Source of the DNA: an uncultured Candidatus Peribacteria bacterium
GTDB lineage: Bacteria > Patescibacteriota > Gracilibacteria > Peribacterales > Peribacteraceae
Reading direction: 5' to 3'
Assembly: GCA_964628805.1 (NCBI GenBank)
Contig: CAZVOK010000001.1
Location: forward strand, 44,504 to 108,503
DNA: 64,000 nt
Of the stretch, positions 15,664 through 24,450 are shown piece by piece (within the stretch, counting starts at the first letter, position 1; each line of letters opens with the position of its first letter). A program made the translations under genes and the position numbers. Below the pieces are notes generated by a model. That model worked only from the letters and a program-made list of their open reading frames with translations. It was not told where the DNA came from and did not search any database.

Positions 15664-15974
15664 TTATTTTTAATCTCAGAGCGGGCGTTCCGCCCGCAGT
15701 CCCTTTGGAATAATTTTTTATATCTGGGAGCGGGTGTCCCACCCGCGGTCGTATTTGAAGCATCAGTCTCCGGTGTTCCCCCATCCCCCGACCCCTTCCC
15801 CCTTGCGAGGAGGAAGGGGAGAAAGACTTCAAAAAAGAATTGAAACAAACAATACACAAACATCCCCCCCTCTCCTCGCAAGGGGAGGGGGATAGGGGGT
15901 GGGGAACGCCCTACAAACACATACAAAACATCCCTCTCCCGGCGGGAGAGGTTAGGTGAGGGGATCCCTACTTC
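15664..15974. repeat. Array of GC-hairpin modules and CA-spacer modules
   Basis: The array contains cagagcgggcgttccgcccgca, gggagcgggtgtcccacccgcgg, ccccttcccccttgcgaggaggaagggg, acaaacatccccccctctcctcgcaaggggaggggg, and a copy of the 4112 module. Confidence 0.75.
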
Positions 15975-15982
15975 AATTCTTT

Positions 15983-16387
15983 TTATTCAGCTGTGTCATC
16001 ATAATGATCATGCATTCGTTCCAACATTTCATTCGAGGCGTCATACCAGTTTCTATATAAACGTATGTTTCTTCGTACGGTAGTTTCGTCAGGAGTTCCT
16101 TCTAAAAGGTGGGTACAGAAAGACCAAAGAAGCTCTTCATCTACAGGGGGTCCTATTTCTGTAGGTATTTTAGTAATCTCTGCGTTAAGCGCATCATGCC
16201 AGGCTCTATACCGTGCAATGTAACTTGAGACCATTCCATTCGTTTTAGGCTTTAAGCCACTATCAATAAATCCCTGGATCAAATCCGTATTAACAGGAGG
16301 TCCTCCTTCTCTGAGCACATTCTGTTTTTGTCGAAATAGATTATCTATATCATCGTTGTCCGGCAAAAAGGCATCTTCAACACTCAT
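15983..16387 (-). CDS. Hypothetical protein with an internal duplication
   Basis: Two units of about 45 aa: GGPPVNTDLIQGF...YIARYRAWHDALNAEI and IGPPVDEELLWSF...NIRLYRNWYDASNEML. The ORF track begins at a TTG (16393); the ATG is at 16387. Confidence 0.5.
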   Translation of the reverse strand: MSVEDAFLPDNDDIDNLFRQKQNVLREGGPPVNTDLIQGFIDSGLKPKTNGMVSSYIARYRAWHDALNAEITKIPTEIGPPVDEELLWSFCTHLLEGTPDETTVRRNIRLYRNWYDASNEMLERMHDHYDDTAE

Positions 16388-16412
16388 CTTCAAAAGTGAG
16401 AAAGAAATTCAA

Positions 16413-16826
16413 TTACCCCATCTTAATCTCCACATCCACTCCGCTCGGCAGACTCAAGCTCTGGAGGCTCTCCACAGTCTTGAATGTGGTCTCGCTCAGG
16501 TCGATGAGGCGGCGGTGTGTACGCATTTCGAACTGGTCGCGGGCGTCTTTGTGGACGAATGTACTGCGGTTGACCGTGAACTTACGGATGTTGGTAGGCA
16601 AAGGAATAGGGCCGTGGACTACGGCTCCGCTGCGCTCAGCTGTTTCTACAATCTTCCCGGCTGCTTCATCCAGCACGTTATGGTCAAAAGCACTCAGGCG
16701 GATGCGGATGAGTGAGATTTTTGGCTCTTTCTTGGCTGTTTTCTTCGTATCTACCTCTGGTGCTGCCTTCGCAGATTTTGCGGCTACTGGCTTCTTTGCT
16801 GCTGTTTTCTTGGCTGGGGGATTCAT
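16413..16826 (-). CDS. rpsJ: 30S ribosomal protein S10 with a Lys/Ala-rich N-terminal extension
   Basis: The core reads [39 protein letters not shown]...[12 protein letters not shown]. It is preceded by [36 protein letters not shown]. Confidence 0.9.
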   Translation of the reverse strand: MNPPAKKTAAKKPVAAKSAKAAPEVDTKKTAKKEPKISLIRIRLSAFDHNVLDEAAGKIVETAERSGAVVHGPIPLPTNIRKFTVNRSTFVHKDARDQFEMRTHRRLIDLSETTFKTVESLQSLSLPSGVDVEIKMG

Positions 16827-16913
16827 GAGAGCGAAGGGGAAAGAGCAAGGGGTAGAGAATTCCTCCAGGCGGAGGCGGGGGATAGTACCCCCGCCTGACC
16901 TGGAAATAAAGGC

Positions 16914-18095
16914 TTATTTGATGATCTTCGTGACAACACCGGCGCCAACTGTGCGGCCTCCTTCGCGGATAGCGAAGCGAGTACCTACTTCCAAGGCGAC
17001 AGCCTGACCCAGGGTGACATTGAACTTGATGTTATCACCTGGCATGACCATTTCTACATTTGGTGGCAATTCTACGGATCCCGTCACGTCTGTCGTGCGG
17101 ATGTAGAACTGAGGCTTGTAACCCTTGAAGAATGGCGTGTGGCGGCCTCCTTCCTCCTTGCTGAGGATGTACACCTCAGACTCGAAGTCTGTGTGAGGAG
17201 TGATGGATCCTGGCTTCGCCAATACCTGACCGCGCTCGATATCGTCGCGTTCAATACCGCGGAGGAGGAGTCCCACGTTGTCTCCAGCCATACCGGAGTC
17301 CAGGAGCTTGTGGAACATTTCTACTCCTGTGACCACAGTCTTCTTTGTGTCGCGCAGACCCACGATTTCAACTTCATCGTTGATATTCACCTTTCCTGTG
17401 TCGATACGACCTGTAGCCACCGTTCCGCGTCCCTTGATGGAGAACACGTCTTCTACGGACATCAAGAATGGCTTATCGGTTTCGCGGACTGGGTCTGGGA
17501 TGTAGCTGTCCAGAGCGTCTACCAATTCCTTGAGCTTGCCGATCTGCTCAGCATCTCCTTCTACAGCCTTCAGAGCGGAACCCTTGATGATAGGGGTCTT
17601 GTCGCCTGGGAAGTTGTACTTGGTGAGGAGTTCGCGGATTTCTACTTCTACGAGCTCGAGGAGTTCTGGATCCTTCACCATGTCTACCTTATTCATGAAG
17701 ACGACGATGTACGGAACGTTCACCTGGCGAGCCAAGAGAATGTGTTCGCGAGTCTGTGGCATTGGTCCGTCAGCTGCGGATACTACGAGGATGGCACCGT
17801 CCATCTGAGCGGCGCCCGTGATCATGTTCTTCACGTAGTCGGCGTGACCAGGACAGTCCACGTGTGCGTAGTGACGCTTAGCGGATTCGTACTCAACGTG
17901 AGATGTGTTGATCGTGATACCGCGCTCTCTTTCTTCTGGAGCGTTATCGATCTGGGAGTAATCTTTCTTTTCTCCTTCTGGGGAGAAGTTAATGGAAAGA
18001 GCCGCAGTGAGCGTGGTCTTTCCGTGGTCGACGTGACCAATCGTACCCACGTTTACGTGAGTCTTGCTTCGGTCGAACTTCTTAGCATCAGCCAT
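16914..18095 (-). CDS. tuf: Elongation factor Tu
   Basis: [17 protein letters not shown] and NKVD motifs. Full-length 393-aa EF-Tu. Confidence 0.97.
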   Translation of the reverse strand: MADAKKFDRSKTHVNVGTIGHVDHGKTTLTAALSINFSPEGEKKDYSQIDNAPEERERGITINTSHVEYESAKRHYAHVDCPGHADYVKNMITGAAQMDGAILVVSAADGPMPQTREHILLARQVNVPYIVVFMNKVDMVKDPELLELVEVEIRELLTKYNFPGDKTPIIKGSALKAVEGDAEQIGKLKELVDALDSYIPDPVRETDKPFLMSVEDVFSIKGRGTVATGRIDTGKVNINDEVEIVGLRDTKKTVVTGVEMFHKLLDSGMAGDNVGLLLRGIERDDIERGQVLAKPGSITPHTDFESEVYILSKEEGGRHTPFFKGYKPQFYIRTTDVTGSVELPPNVEMVMPGDNIKFNVTLGQAVALEVGTRFAIREGGRTVGAGVVTKIIK

Positions 18096-18167
18096 ACGAA
18101 GAGAGGGAAAAAGGTGGGTAGAGAATTGCTAGGTGAAATACAAGAATAACCTGCAATAGCGGCGGCA

Positions 18168-18196
18168 GTCTAGAGAATACCGATAAAAGCGTCAAT
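18168..18196 (-). promoter_or_regulatory. Sigma70-like promoter for tuf, TTGACG-17 nt-TAGACT (minus strand)
   Basis: The reverse complement reads ttgacg cttttatcggtattctc tagact, about 70 nt upstream of the tuf ATG. Confidence 0.45.
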
Positions 18197-18232
18197 GCGA
18201 CTTATCCATGAAGAGTGACTTTGGACGTGTTA

Positions 18233-18303
18233 AATGGAGAATTGAAAATTGAAAATGGAGAATTAATTCAAAATGCCCAATACATAAAAAATTCTCAATT
18301 CGT
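18233..18303. repeat. Word-repeat hairpin (GAGAATTGAAAAT words)
   Basis: aaatggagaattgaaaattgaaaatggagaattaatt has a partial complementary arm, aaaaattctcaattcg. The word set is the complement of 11411..11447. Confidence 0.55.
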
Positions 18304-18337
18304 GCTTTGGATGCATATGTATCGTAGAACTAGTGAC

Positions 18338-19021
18338 TTACATGGTGATTTTGATCATACCATCATGATGAGACTCACAAATGCCAGCGATAGCTTCTTC
18401 TGGCTGCTGTGGTGATGATTGCCCTAGAATAAACTTTGCCCTCATTTGATCATATTGACCGATGTTTATCCTGCGTACCGCGACACCATTGTCATCATTG
18501 ATATCGGTCATAACTCCGCCATCCTGAGCGATATCTGCTAATGTTGAACACAATACAATAGAAAAGGATCTTTTCTTTCCTTGTATTTCCTGAGTTAAGC
18601 CTCTCAGTACTTCCCCATAATCACTCGTCCAATAATATTCAGGTTTAGGCTTTTCCGTTGGCTGAGTACGACGAAAGTACAGTACGTATGCTGGATCAAT
18701 ATGCAAATCTTCAGAGAGAATTTTGAGATTTAGCTCACGTCCACTTTCACCTCTTCGAGGAGAGCCATTCTCATGAAAGGTGGGGGGCAAATGGACCTCT
18801 GCTCCTAAAATTTTTTCTTTATCCACCATATTTGCAAATCGACTTGAATGTTCGAGATATTTGGCAAGTGTTTGTGGTTCTTTCATTGAAGGAGGAAGCG
18901 CTGCCAGGAAGTCAGGGTCGCTGAGCGTTTCATAGATCATTGGATGAATGGCGTCAGGAGGACACAGTCTTAATGCTTGTCCCAGTAACTCATTATCTTG
19001 TAGATAAGGTGTTTCATTCAT
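18338..19021 (-). CDS. Hypothetical protein (AT-rich orphan)
   Basis: ORF of 227 aa counted from the ATG at 19021 (MNETPYLQDNELL...). The longer ORF-track start at 19132 would overlap the ABC transporter gene. No motif. Confidence 0.5.
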   Translation of the reverse strand: MNETPYLQDNELLGQALRLCPPDAIHPMIYETLSDPDFLAALPPSMKEPQTLAKYLEHSSRFANMVDKEKILGAEVHLPPTFHENGSPRRGESGRELNLKILSEDLHIDPAYVLYFRRTQPTEKPKPEYYWTSDYGEVLRGLTQEIQGKKRSFSIVLCSTLADIAQDGGVMTDINDDNGVAVRRINIGQYDQMRAKFILGQSSPQQPEEAIAGICESHHDGMIKITM

Positions 19022-19076
19022 AAATAATATTATAACATATAATTTAATAATGTGCAAAACATGCGAATGACATATT

Positions 19077-21041
19077 TTATTCAGCAAGCATCCCTTCGCT
19101 CTGCAATTCCACCATCTCCTTATATATGTCACACGTCTTCAATAGCTCTTCATGAGGCGCGCAGGCGATGAGGTGGCCGTTATCGAACACGGCGATTCTG
19201 TTGACGGAACGTACGGTGGATAGTCTATGAGCGATGATGCAGGCGGTTTTATCGTGGATGAGCTCCTGGATGCCCTGCTGCACGAGTTTCTCAGTCATGG
19301 AGTCTAGAGCACTTGTGGCTTCGTCCAAGACTACAATCGAAGGTTTCTTCAGGATGGCTCTGGCGATAGCTACGCGCTGCCTCTGTCCGCCGGAGAGCCG
19401 GATGCCGCGGTCGCCGATCAGTGTGTTGTAGCCATTGGGTAGACTTTCGATGAACTCCGCAGCAGCCGCACGCCTGGACGCTTCTTGTACTTCTTCCAAG
19501 GTGGCGGACGGGCGCGCGTAGCGGATATTTTCCACGATCGAATCATTGAACATGATGTTCTCCTGCAGCACGAGCCCCACCTGGCTTCTCCACCAATGAA
19601 CATCTAATTCACGCAGATCAATGCCGTCGATGGTAATCTTTCCCTCCGTCACGTCATAAAATCGATTCAGTAGCATCGCGAGTGTGGTTTTTCCTGCTCC
19701 TGAGCGTCCCACAAAGGCGATGTGCTCACCGGGGCGGATATCCAGCGTTACATTGTGCAGTACTTCACCGCTATGGCGGTCTTCGGCATCAGGAGCTTTT
19801 TGATCTTCTGCCTCCATTGGATCGATCGTACTTGTGCCTCGAGGTTCCTGGAGGGAAGACATTGCTTCTTCGTCTTCATCGTGCTGGGTTGTCAGAAGTT
19901 GTGGCACGGGATTAGTTTCTTCCTCTTTTTCTGTGAGCAGAGGCTCAGGTTTATACGAAAAACACACGTTATCCAAAATAATGTTTCCTTTCAGGTCTGG
20001 AATTATTTTTGCATCCGGAATATTTGTCACATCCATCGGGGTTTCCAAGAGCTGCTGTGCCATCCGAATTTTTCCGACATGTTTGTTCCACTGCGGAAGC
20101 AAACTCCCGATCATTTCAAACGGAGTGAGCACACGGAAAAAAGATGACTGAAAGAAATACACTTCGCCGAGTGTCAGGACATCTTTTGTATAAAGATAGA
20201 TTCCTGTGGACACCAGCAAGATGCGTGTGAGGAAGAAAAAGTTGATGCCTTCTACCATCGCCCACCTGCGATTCACCGCCTGCTGCTTTCTGTACGTCTC
20301 TTGATGAACATCGTGCATCACCGAAAGCTCGCGTGCTTCCTGCGCTCCGGATTTTACCGAGTAAATATTGGTGATGGCATCGTACGCACGGCCGATAGAC
20401 TTCACCCAGAGTTTATTGACCTCCTGCTGCAGCTTGTATGTGCGGTTCGTTCCCACAATCGCAATGCCGACGTACAGAACAAGGCCGATCAAAAGAATCC
20501 CTGCCAAGAGTGGACTGATAGTAAAGCCGATAATGAGGAAAGCCGTAGCACTGAGGCACGACGGAATAATTTCGATGAGCAGTCGTCGCTGTAAATCCAC
20601 CATGGTGTCTGCTCCTTCATCTAAAATTTTTACCACTTCACCGGCTTTTTGTTTTGTATGAAAAGAAACCCCCAGCCTCATCACATGATCAAACACTTCC
20701 TCACGCCTATCCAGCACGATGTGATTGTCCAGTTTCCACGCTGTGAATTTATTGAGTGTTTGCAGCAGCGCATGAAACACGAATATCACTCCCCACAATC
20801 CAAAGAGCATCCAGTAATTTACCTCGGCTCCGTCTTTGGCAGACATCAATGTATCGATGGCGTGGCTGGAGTAGAGCGGATCCACGATCCACACAATGGC
20901 AACCGAAAGTATCAGGAAAATCAGAAATACGTACGTGCCGGGATATTTCTTTGCTTGTTGAAACAGGAGCGCTGCAATGAGGCGCAAGCCGCCACCTCGT
21001 TTGGTTGTATCCTGTGGTGTATGAAAAGAAGACCAAGACAT
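19077..21041 (-). CDS. ABC transporter, fused permease/ATPase (MsbA/exporter type)
   Basis: Six-TM exporter domain, Walker A GRSGAGKTT, signature LSGGQRQR and Walker B IVVLDEATSALD. An acidic insertion of about 60 aa sits at the start of the ATPase domain. Confidence 0.9.
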   Translation of the reverse strand: MSWSSFHTPQDTTKRGGGLRLIAALLFQQAKKYPGTYVFLIFLILSVAIVWIVDPLYSSHAIDTLMSAKDGAEVNYWMLFGLWGVIFVFHALLQTLNKFTAWKLDNHIVLDRREEVFDHVMRLGVSFHTKQKAGEVVKILDEGADTMVDLQRRLLIEIIPSCLSATAFLIIGFTISPLLAGILLIGLVLYVGIAIVGTNRTYKLQQEVNKLWVKSIGRAYDAITNIYSVKSGAQEARELSVMHDVHQETYRKQQAVNRRWAMVEGINFFFLTRILLVSTGIYLYTKDVLTLGEVYFFQSSFFRVLTPFEMIGSLLPQWNKHVGKIRMAQQLLETPMDVTNIPDAKIIPDLKGNIILDNVCFSYKPEPLLTEKEEETNPVPQLLTTQHDEDEEAMSSLQEPRGTSTIDPMEAEDQKAPDAEDRHSGEVLHNVTLDIRPGEHIAFVGRSGAGKTTLAMLLNRFYDVTEGKITIDGIDLRELDVHWWRSQVGLVLQENIMFNDSIVENIRYARPSATLEEVQEASRRAAAAEFIESLPNGYNTLIGDRGIRLSGGQRQRVAIARAILKKPSIVVLDEATSALDSMTEKLVQQGIQELIHDKTACIIAHRLSTVRSVNRIAVFDNGHLIACAPHEELLKTCDIYKEMVELQSEGMLAE

Positions 21042-21101
21042 AAAAGAGAATATTCAGGGTAGCGCGAATAATGATATATGTCGACCGTCTGAGGGAAGGT
21101 T

Positions 21102-21377
21102 TTATGCAGTTTGTACAAGGCCTGTATGCTCCTCCAACCGTCGAATCCGTGGCTCATGCTTTTGCTCAACTGTATCAATTTCAATTCTATCCAATCGCTT
21201 GTCGATAGCATCAATCTGGAATGATACATTATCTATTCGGTTAGATAATTTTTCGTCCAAATTATCAATGCGCTTATTCAGTTCTAACTTAAGGCTGCTC
21301 ATTTGAACAGATAAGTCATTTCGATGGGCTTGCATATGATCCAGTACTGTCTGGAGCGTGATACCTTCGTCTGCCAT
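21102..21377 (-). CDS. Hypothetical small coiled-coil protein
   Basis: Heptad-like NKRIDNLDEKLSNRIDNVSFQIDAIDKRLDRIE and a C-terminal HEPRIRRLEEHTGL. The ORF track starts at a GTG (21410); the ATG is at 21377. Confidence 0.45.
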   Translation of the reverse strand: MADEGITLQTVLDHMQAHRNDLSVQMSSLKLELNKRIDNLDEKLSNRIDNVSFQIDAIDKRLDRIEIDTVEQKHEPRIRRLEEHTGLVQTA

Positions 21378-21442
21378 GATGGCATTGTCTGCCACGGTTT
21401 CTACCCTCACAAGATGCTTTTCTTTACTAAGTTTTCAGAGAT

Positions 21443-22441
21443 ATGAAAAAACCGCAGAAGGAAGCGGCTTTCGGACGTTCTTTGTGGTCATGGAACGCCC
21501 AGCATAAACGCACACTTCCGTGGCGGGATTTGAAGGTGAAAGATAATACACAGCGGGCGTATATGATCCTGGTTTCCGAGATCATGTTGCAGCAGACACA
21601 GGTACCCCGAGTGATTGTTATTTATAAGCAATTTTTGGAGAAATTTCCGACACTCAAAGATCTGGCGAATGCATCCAACAAAGATGTGATTTTGGCCTGG
21701 CGGGGAATGGGCTACAACTCCCGAGCTCTGCGTCTGCGAGATGCGGCAAAAATTGTCCTAGAAGAGCACGGCGGAAAATTCCCGAAAGAAATGAAAGAGC
21801 TTTTGGCCATCAAAGGTATCGGTCCCTACACCGCAGGTGCCATCCGCAATTTCGCGTTCAATATTCCCACGCCATGCATCGATACAAATATTCGTAGAAT
21901 CATTCACCGCGTCTTCATCAGGCCTGAAGGGGTCGATGAAGAAACAGGAAAAGAAGTGTGGCAGAAGAATGACCGGGAATTACTGCCACTTGCTTCGGAA
22001 ATATTGACGATCGCTTTGGACACAAAAAATGTACCTACAAACTACCCACTACAAACTACCCCCTCGGCCTGGCACGCCGCCCTCATGGACTTCGGTTCCG
22101 CTGTTTGCAAGAAAATCACGCCCCAGTGCGAGATCTGCCCCATGAAAGACTTTTGTAACTCGGCATTCAAGGTGAAGAAGATCGCCAGGAAGAAAGTAGT
22201 GTCCAAAGAACCGGGACGGTTTGTGGGAAGCAAATTTATTCCCAATCGAATTTTCCGCGGACGCATCGTAGAGCAGTTACGCGATGCGAGTGAGGGATTG
22301 TCATTGGAACAAATTGGTCCATTGATTGCGATTGATTGGAGCGTCGATGAACATCGATTGTGGTTACAGGAATTGTTAGAGAAATTGGAATTGGATCAAA
22401 TGATCAAAAAAACGAGGAAACGTTATGTGTTGGCCGAATAA
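21443..22441 (+). CDS. HhH-GPD base-excision glycosylase, MutY/EndoIII family
   Basis: LPWR, ILVSEIMLQQTQV, WRGMGYNSRA, HhH motif IKGIGPYTAGAI, and an Fe-S motif C-x6-C-x2-C-x5-C (CKKITPQCEICPMKDFC). The C-terminal 100 aa do not look like the MutY NUDIX-type domain. Confidence 0.8.
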   Translation: MKKPQKEAAFGRSLWSWNAQHKRTLPWRDLKVKDNTQRAYMILVSEIMLQQTQVPRVIVIYKQFLEKFPTLKDLANASNKDVILAWRGMGYNSRALRLRDAAKIVLEEHGGKFPKEMKELLAIKGIGPYTAGAIRNFAFNIPTPCIDTNIRRIIHRVFIRPEGVDEETGKEVWQKNDRELLPLASEILTIALDTKNVPTNYPLQTTPSAWHAALMDFGSAVCKKITPQCEICPMKDFCNSAFKVKKIARKKVVSKEPGRFVGSKFIPNRIFRGRIVEQLRDASEGLSLEQIGPLIAIDWSVDEHRLWLQELLEKLELDQMIKKTRKRYVLAE

Positions 22442-22503
22442 TTTGTATACAAAATTGATACAAAATATATTCATATTTATACAAATTACCGCGTGTACAT
22501 CAT

Positions 22504-22533
22504 CGTAGGGGCACGGCTTGCCGTGCCCCTACG
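22504..22533. terminator. Hairpin between convergent genes (13-bp stem)
   Basis: cgtaggggcacgg cttg ccgtgcccctacg. No clear T-tract on either strand. Confidence 0.4.
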
Positions 22534-22549
22534 GGTTACACATTCACAA

Positions 22550-24106
22550 TTATTTTGCCAACTCTTCGTACCTCCTTTCGCGAATCACATTCACTTTGAT
22601 TACTCCCGGATACGTCAATTCCTCCTCTACTTTCTTGGCAATATCTTTGGCCAATTTTTCCTGTGCCAGGTCATCCACCTTGGCGGTATCTACATAAATG
22701 CGTACTTCGCGACCTGCGGAGATGGCGAATGCACGGTGGACGCCTTCGAAGCTCTTTGCCACATCTTCCAATGCGCGGAGGCGCTTGAAGTATTCCTCTA
22801 TAGATTCACGGCGTGCACCGGGGCGGGCACCGGAGATGGCATCGGCAGCAGCCACCACAAAGGCTTCAGCGCTTTCCATCGGGATATCTTCGTGATGCGC
22901 AGCTACACAGTGGATCACCTCCGGGCGGATCTTGTAGCGCTTGCAGATTTCTACGCCGATCTCCACGTGTGTACCCGTCACCTCGTGATCCAGCGCCTTT
23001 CCAATGTCATGGAGCAAGCAGCCTTCTACGACTATCTGCGGATCGGCTCCAATTTCCTCCGCCAGCATGCGGCCGAGGCTGGCCATTTCCACGGAGTGCT
23101 TCAGTACGTTCTGGCCGTAGCTCGTGCGGAAACGCAGGCGTCCGATGATCTTCAGGAGATCTGCAGGGTAACCGGCGATGCCGAGTTCCTCTGTGGCGCG
23201 CTTTCCGAACTCCAGCATCATCTTGCTCACCTGTTCTTTTACCTTCTGCACAATTTCTTCGATACGAGCGGGCTGGATGCGGCCGTCCTGGATCAGTTTC
23301 TCCATGGAAAGCTTCGCGATGTAGCGGCGGACCAGGTCAAAGCCGGAGACCACAATGGCACCCGGAGTGTCATCGATAATCACGTCTACGCCCGTAGCCT
23401 GTTCAAAGGCAGTGATGTTGCGGCCTTCCTTTCCAATGATCTTTCCTTTGATGTCATCACTGGGGATTTGCACCACGGTAGCTGTGGATTCACTGGCTAC
23501 TTCAGAAGCGTAGCGCTGCATGGCTTCGGCCATGAGGTTCTTGGCCTTTTCTTCCACTTCCTGCTCCATTTCTTCGCGACGGAGCTTCATTTGTGCGCCG
23601 TAGAAAGAGGAGAACTCTTTTTCCAGTTCTTCCAGAAGCTGCGCCTTTCCTTCTTCCTGCGTGAGCTTGGCTACTTTTTCCAGCGCCTCGCGGTGCTTGG
23701 CGGAGGATTCCGTGAGCTCTTGCTTGAGCGCGGTGATAGTCTCCTGCTCTTTACTGACCACAGCGCGCTGGCGCTCTACTTCTTTCACTTTGTCATCCAG
23801 GGCTTTTTCCTTTTCTTCCAAGCGGCCATGCTCTTTTTCCAATTTAGCTTCCATTTCGGTAGCCTGCAGACGAGCCTCGCTCAGAATTTCTTTGGCAGTT
23901 GCCTTTGCCTCAGCTTCCGCACTGCGGATTTGGCTTTTGGCTTCGGCAATTTTACTATCGAGCTTACTGAGCTCACGTTCTTTTTCGTTGATCTGGGCCT
24001 GGAGAGCAGAAGAAATCTTTTTCCCCTGACTAAACCAGAACCATCCGGCTGTGACACCGAGGGCTGCTCCTACAAGGAGCGCTCCGAAGGGTAGAATGTT
24101 ATCCAT
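22550..24106 (-). CDS. rny: Ribonuclease Y
   Basis: N-terminal TM segment, long coiled coil, KH motif GKIIGKEGRNI, HD domain LLHDIGKA. 518 aa. Confidence 0.92.
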   Translation of the reverse strand: MDNILPFGALLVGAALGVTAGWFWFSQGKKISSALQAQINEKERELSKLDSKIAEAKSQIRSAEAEAKATAKEILSEARLQATEMEAKLEKEHGRLEEKEKALDDKVKEVERQRAVVSKEQETITALKQELTESSAKHREALEKVAKLTQEEGKAQLLEELEKEFSSFYGAQMKLRREEMEQEVEEKAKNLMAEAMQRYASEVASESTATVVQIPSDDIKGKIIGKEGRNITAFEQATGVDVIIDDTPGAIVVSGFDLVRRYIAKLSMEKLIQDGRIQPARIEEIVQKVKEQVSKMMLEFGKRATEELGIAGYPADLLKIIGRLRFRTSYGQNVLKHSVEMASLGRMLAEEIGADPQIVVEGCLLHDIGKALDHEVTGTHVEIGVEICKRYKIRPEVIHCVAAHHEDIPMESAEAFVVAAADAISGARPGARRESIEEYFKRLRALEDVAKSFEGVHRAFAISAGREVRIYVDTAKVDDLAQEKLAKDIAKKVEEELTYPGVIKVNVIRERRYEELAK

Positions 24107-24450
24107 AGAATCATAGGGCAGGAAATGAGGGTTCCCGCCATTCTCTGCAAGTCCTAATTCTCTAGCGTTTCAAGCCTGTGTTCACGTGTGAGCGAATGCA
24201 TGCGTGTCGAAGAGTGGAAATCTAAAGAGAGAGAATGGTGAAAGTAGGCAAAGTATACACACCATATATGGTGTATGCGAGTGCAGAGGGTTTTGCTCTT
24301 CTTAGAGGCCCAAATTCCTTTTTATGGTTACCCGTTCCATTGGGTCGTAGAACTGATTTTTTGGCTTCCATTAAAGCCTTATGCCATTTTCCAAAAGCAA
24401 ATGCTCAGTCAAGCCTTAAACGCTCGCGAAGAAACCTCTTTCATGGAGCC

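Noticed and set aside
15664-15974. Possible CRISPR array (regularly spaced hairpin-forming repeats; also at 3611-3830)
   Set aside because: The repeat units are not identical, their spacing is irregular, the 'spacers' are themselves CA-rich repeats, and no cas genes are present in the window.
22493-24094. 533-aa plus-strand ORF covering almost the whole RNase Y gene on the opposite strand
   Set aside because: The minus-strand frame encodes a full RNase Y with TM, KH and HD motifs. The antisense translation is low-complexity (Phe/Leu/His-rich) with no motif. Long stop-free antisense frames are a codon-usage by-product.
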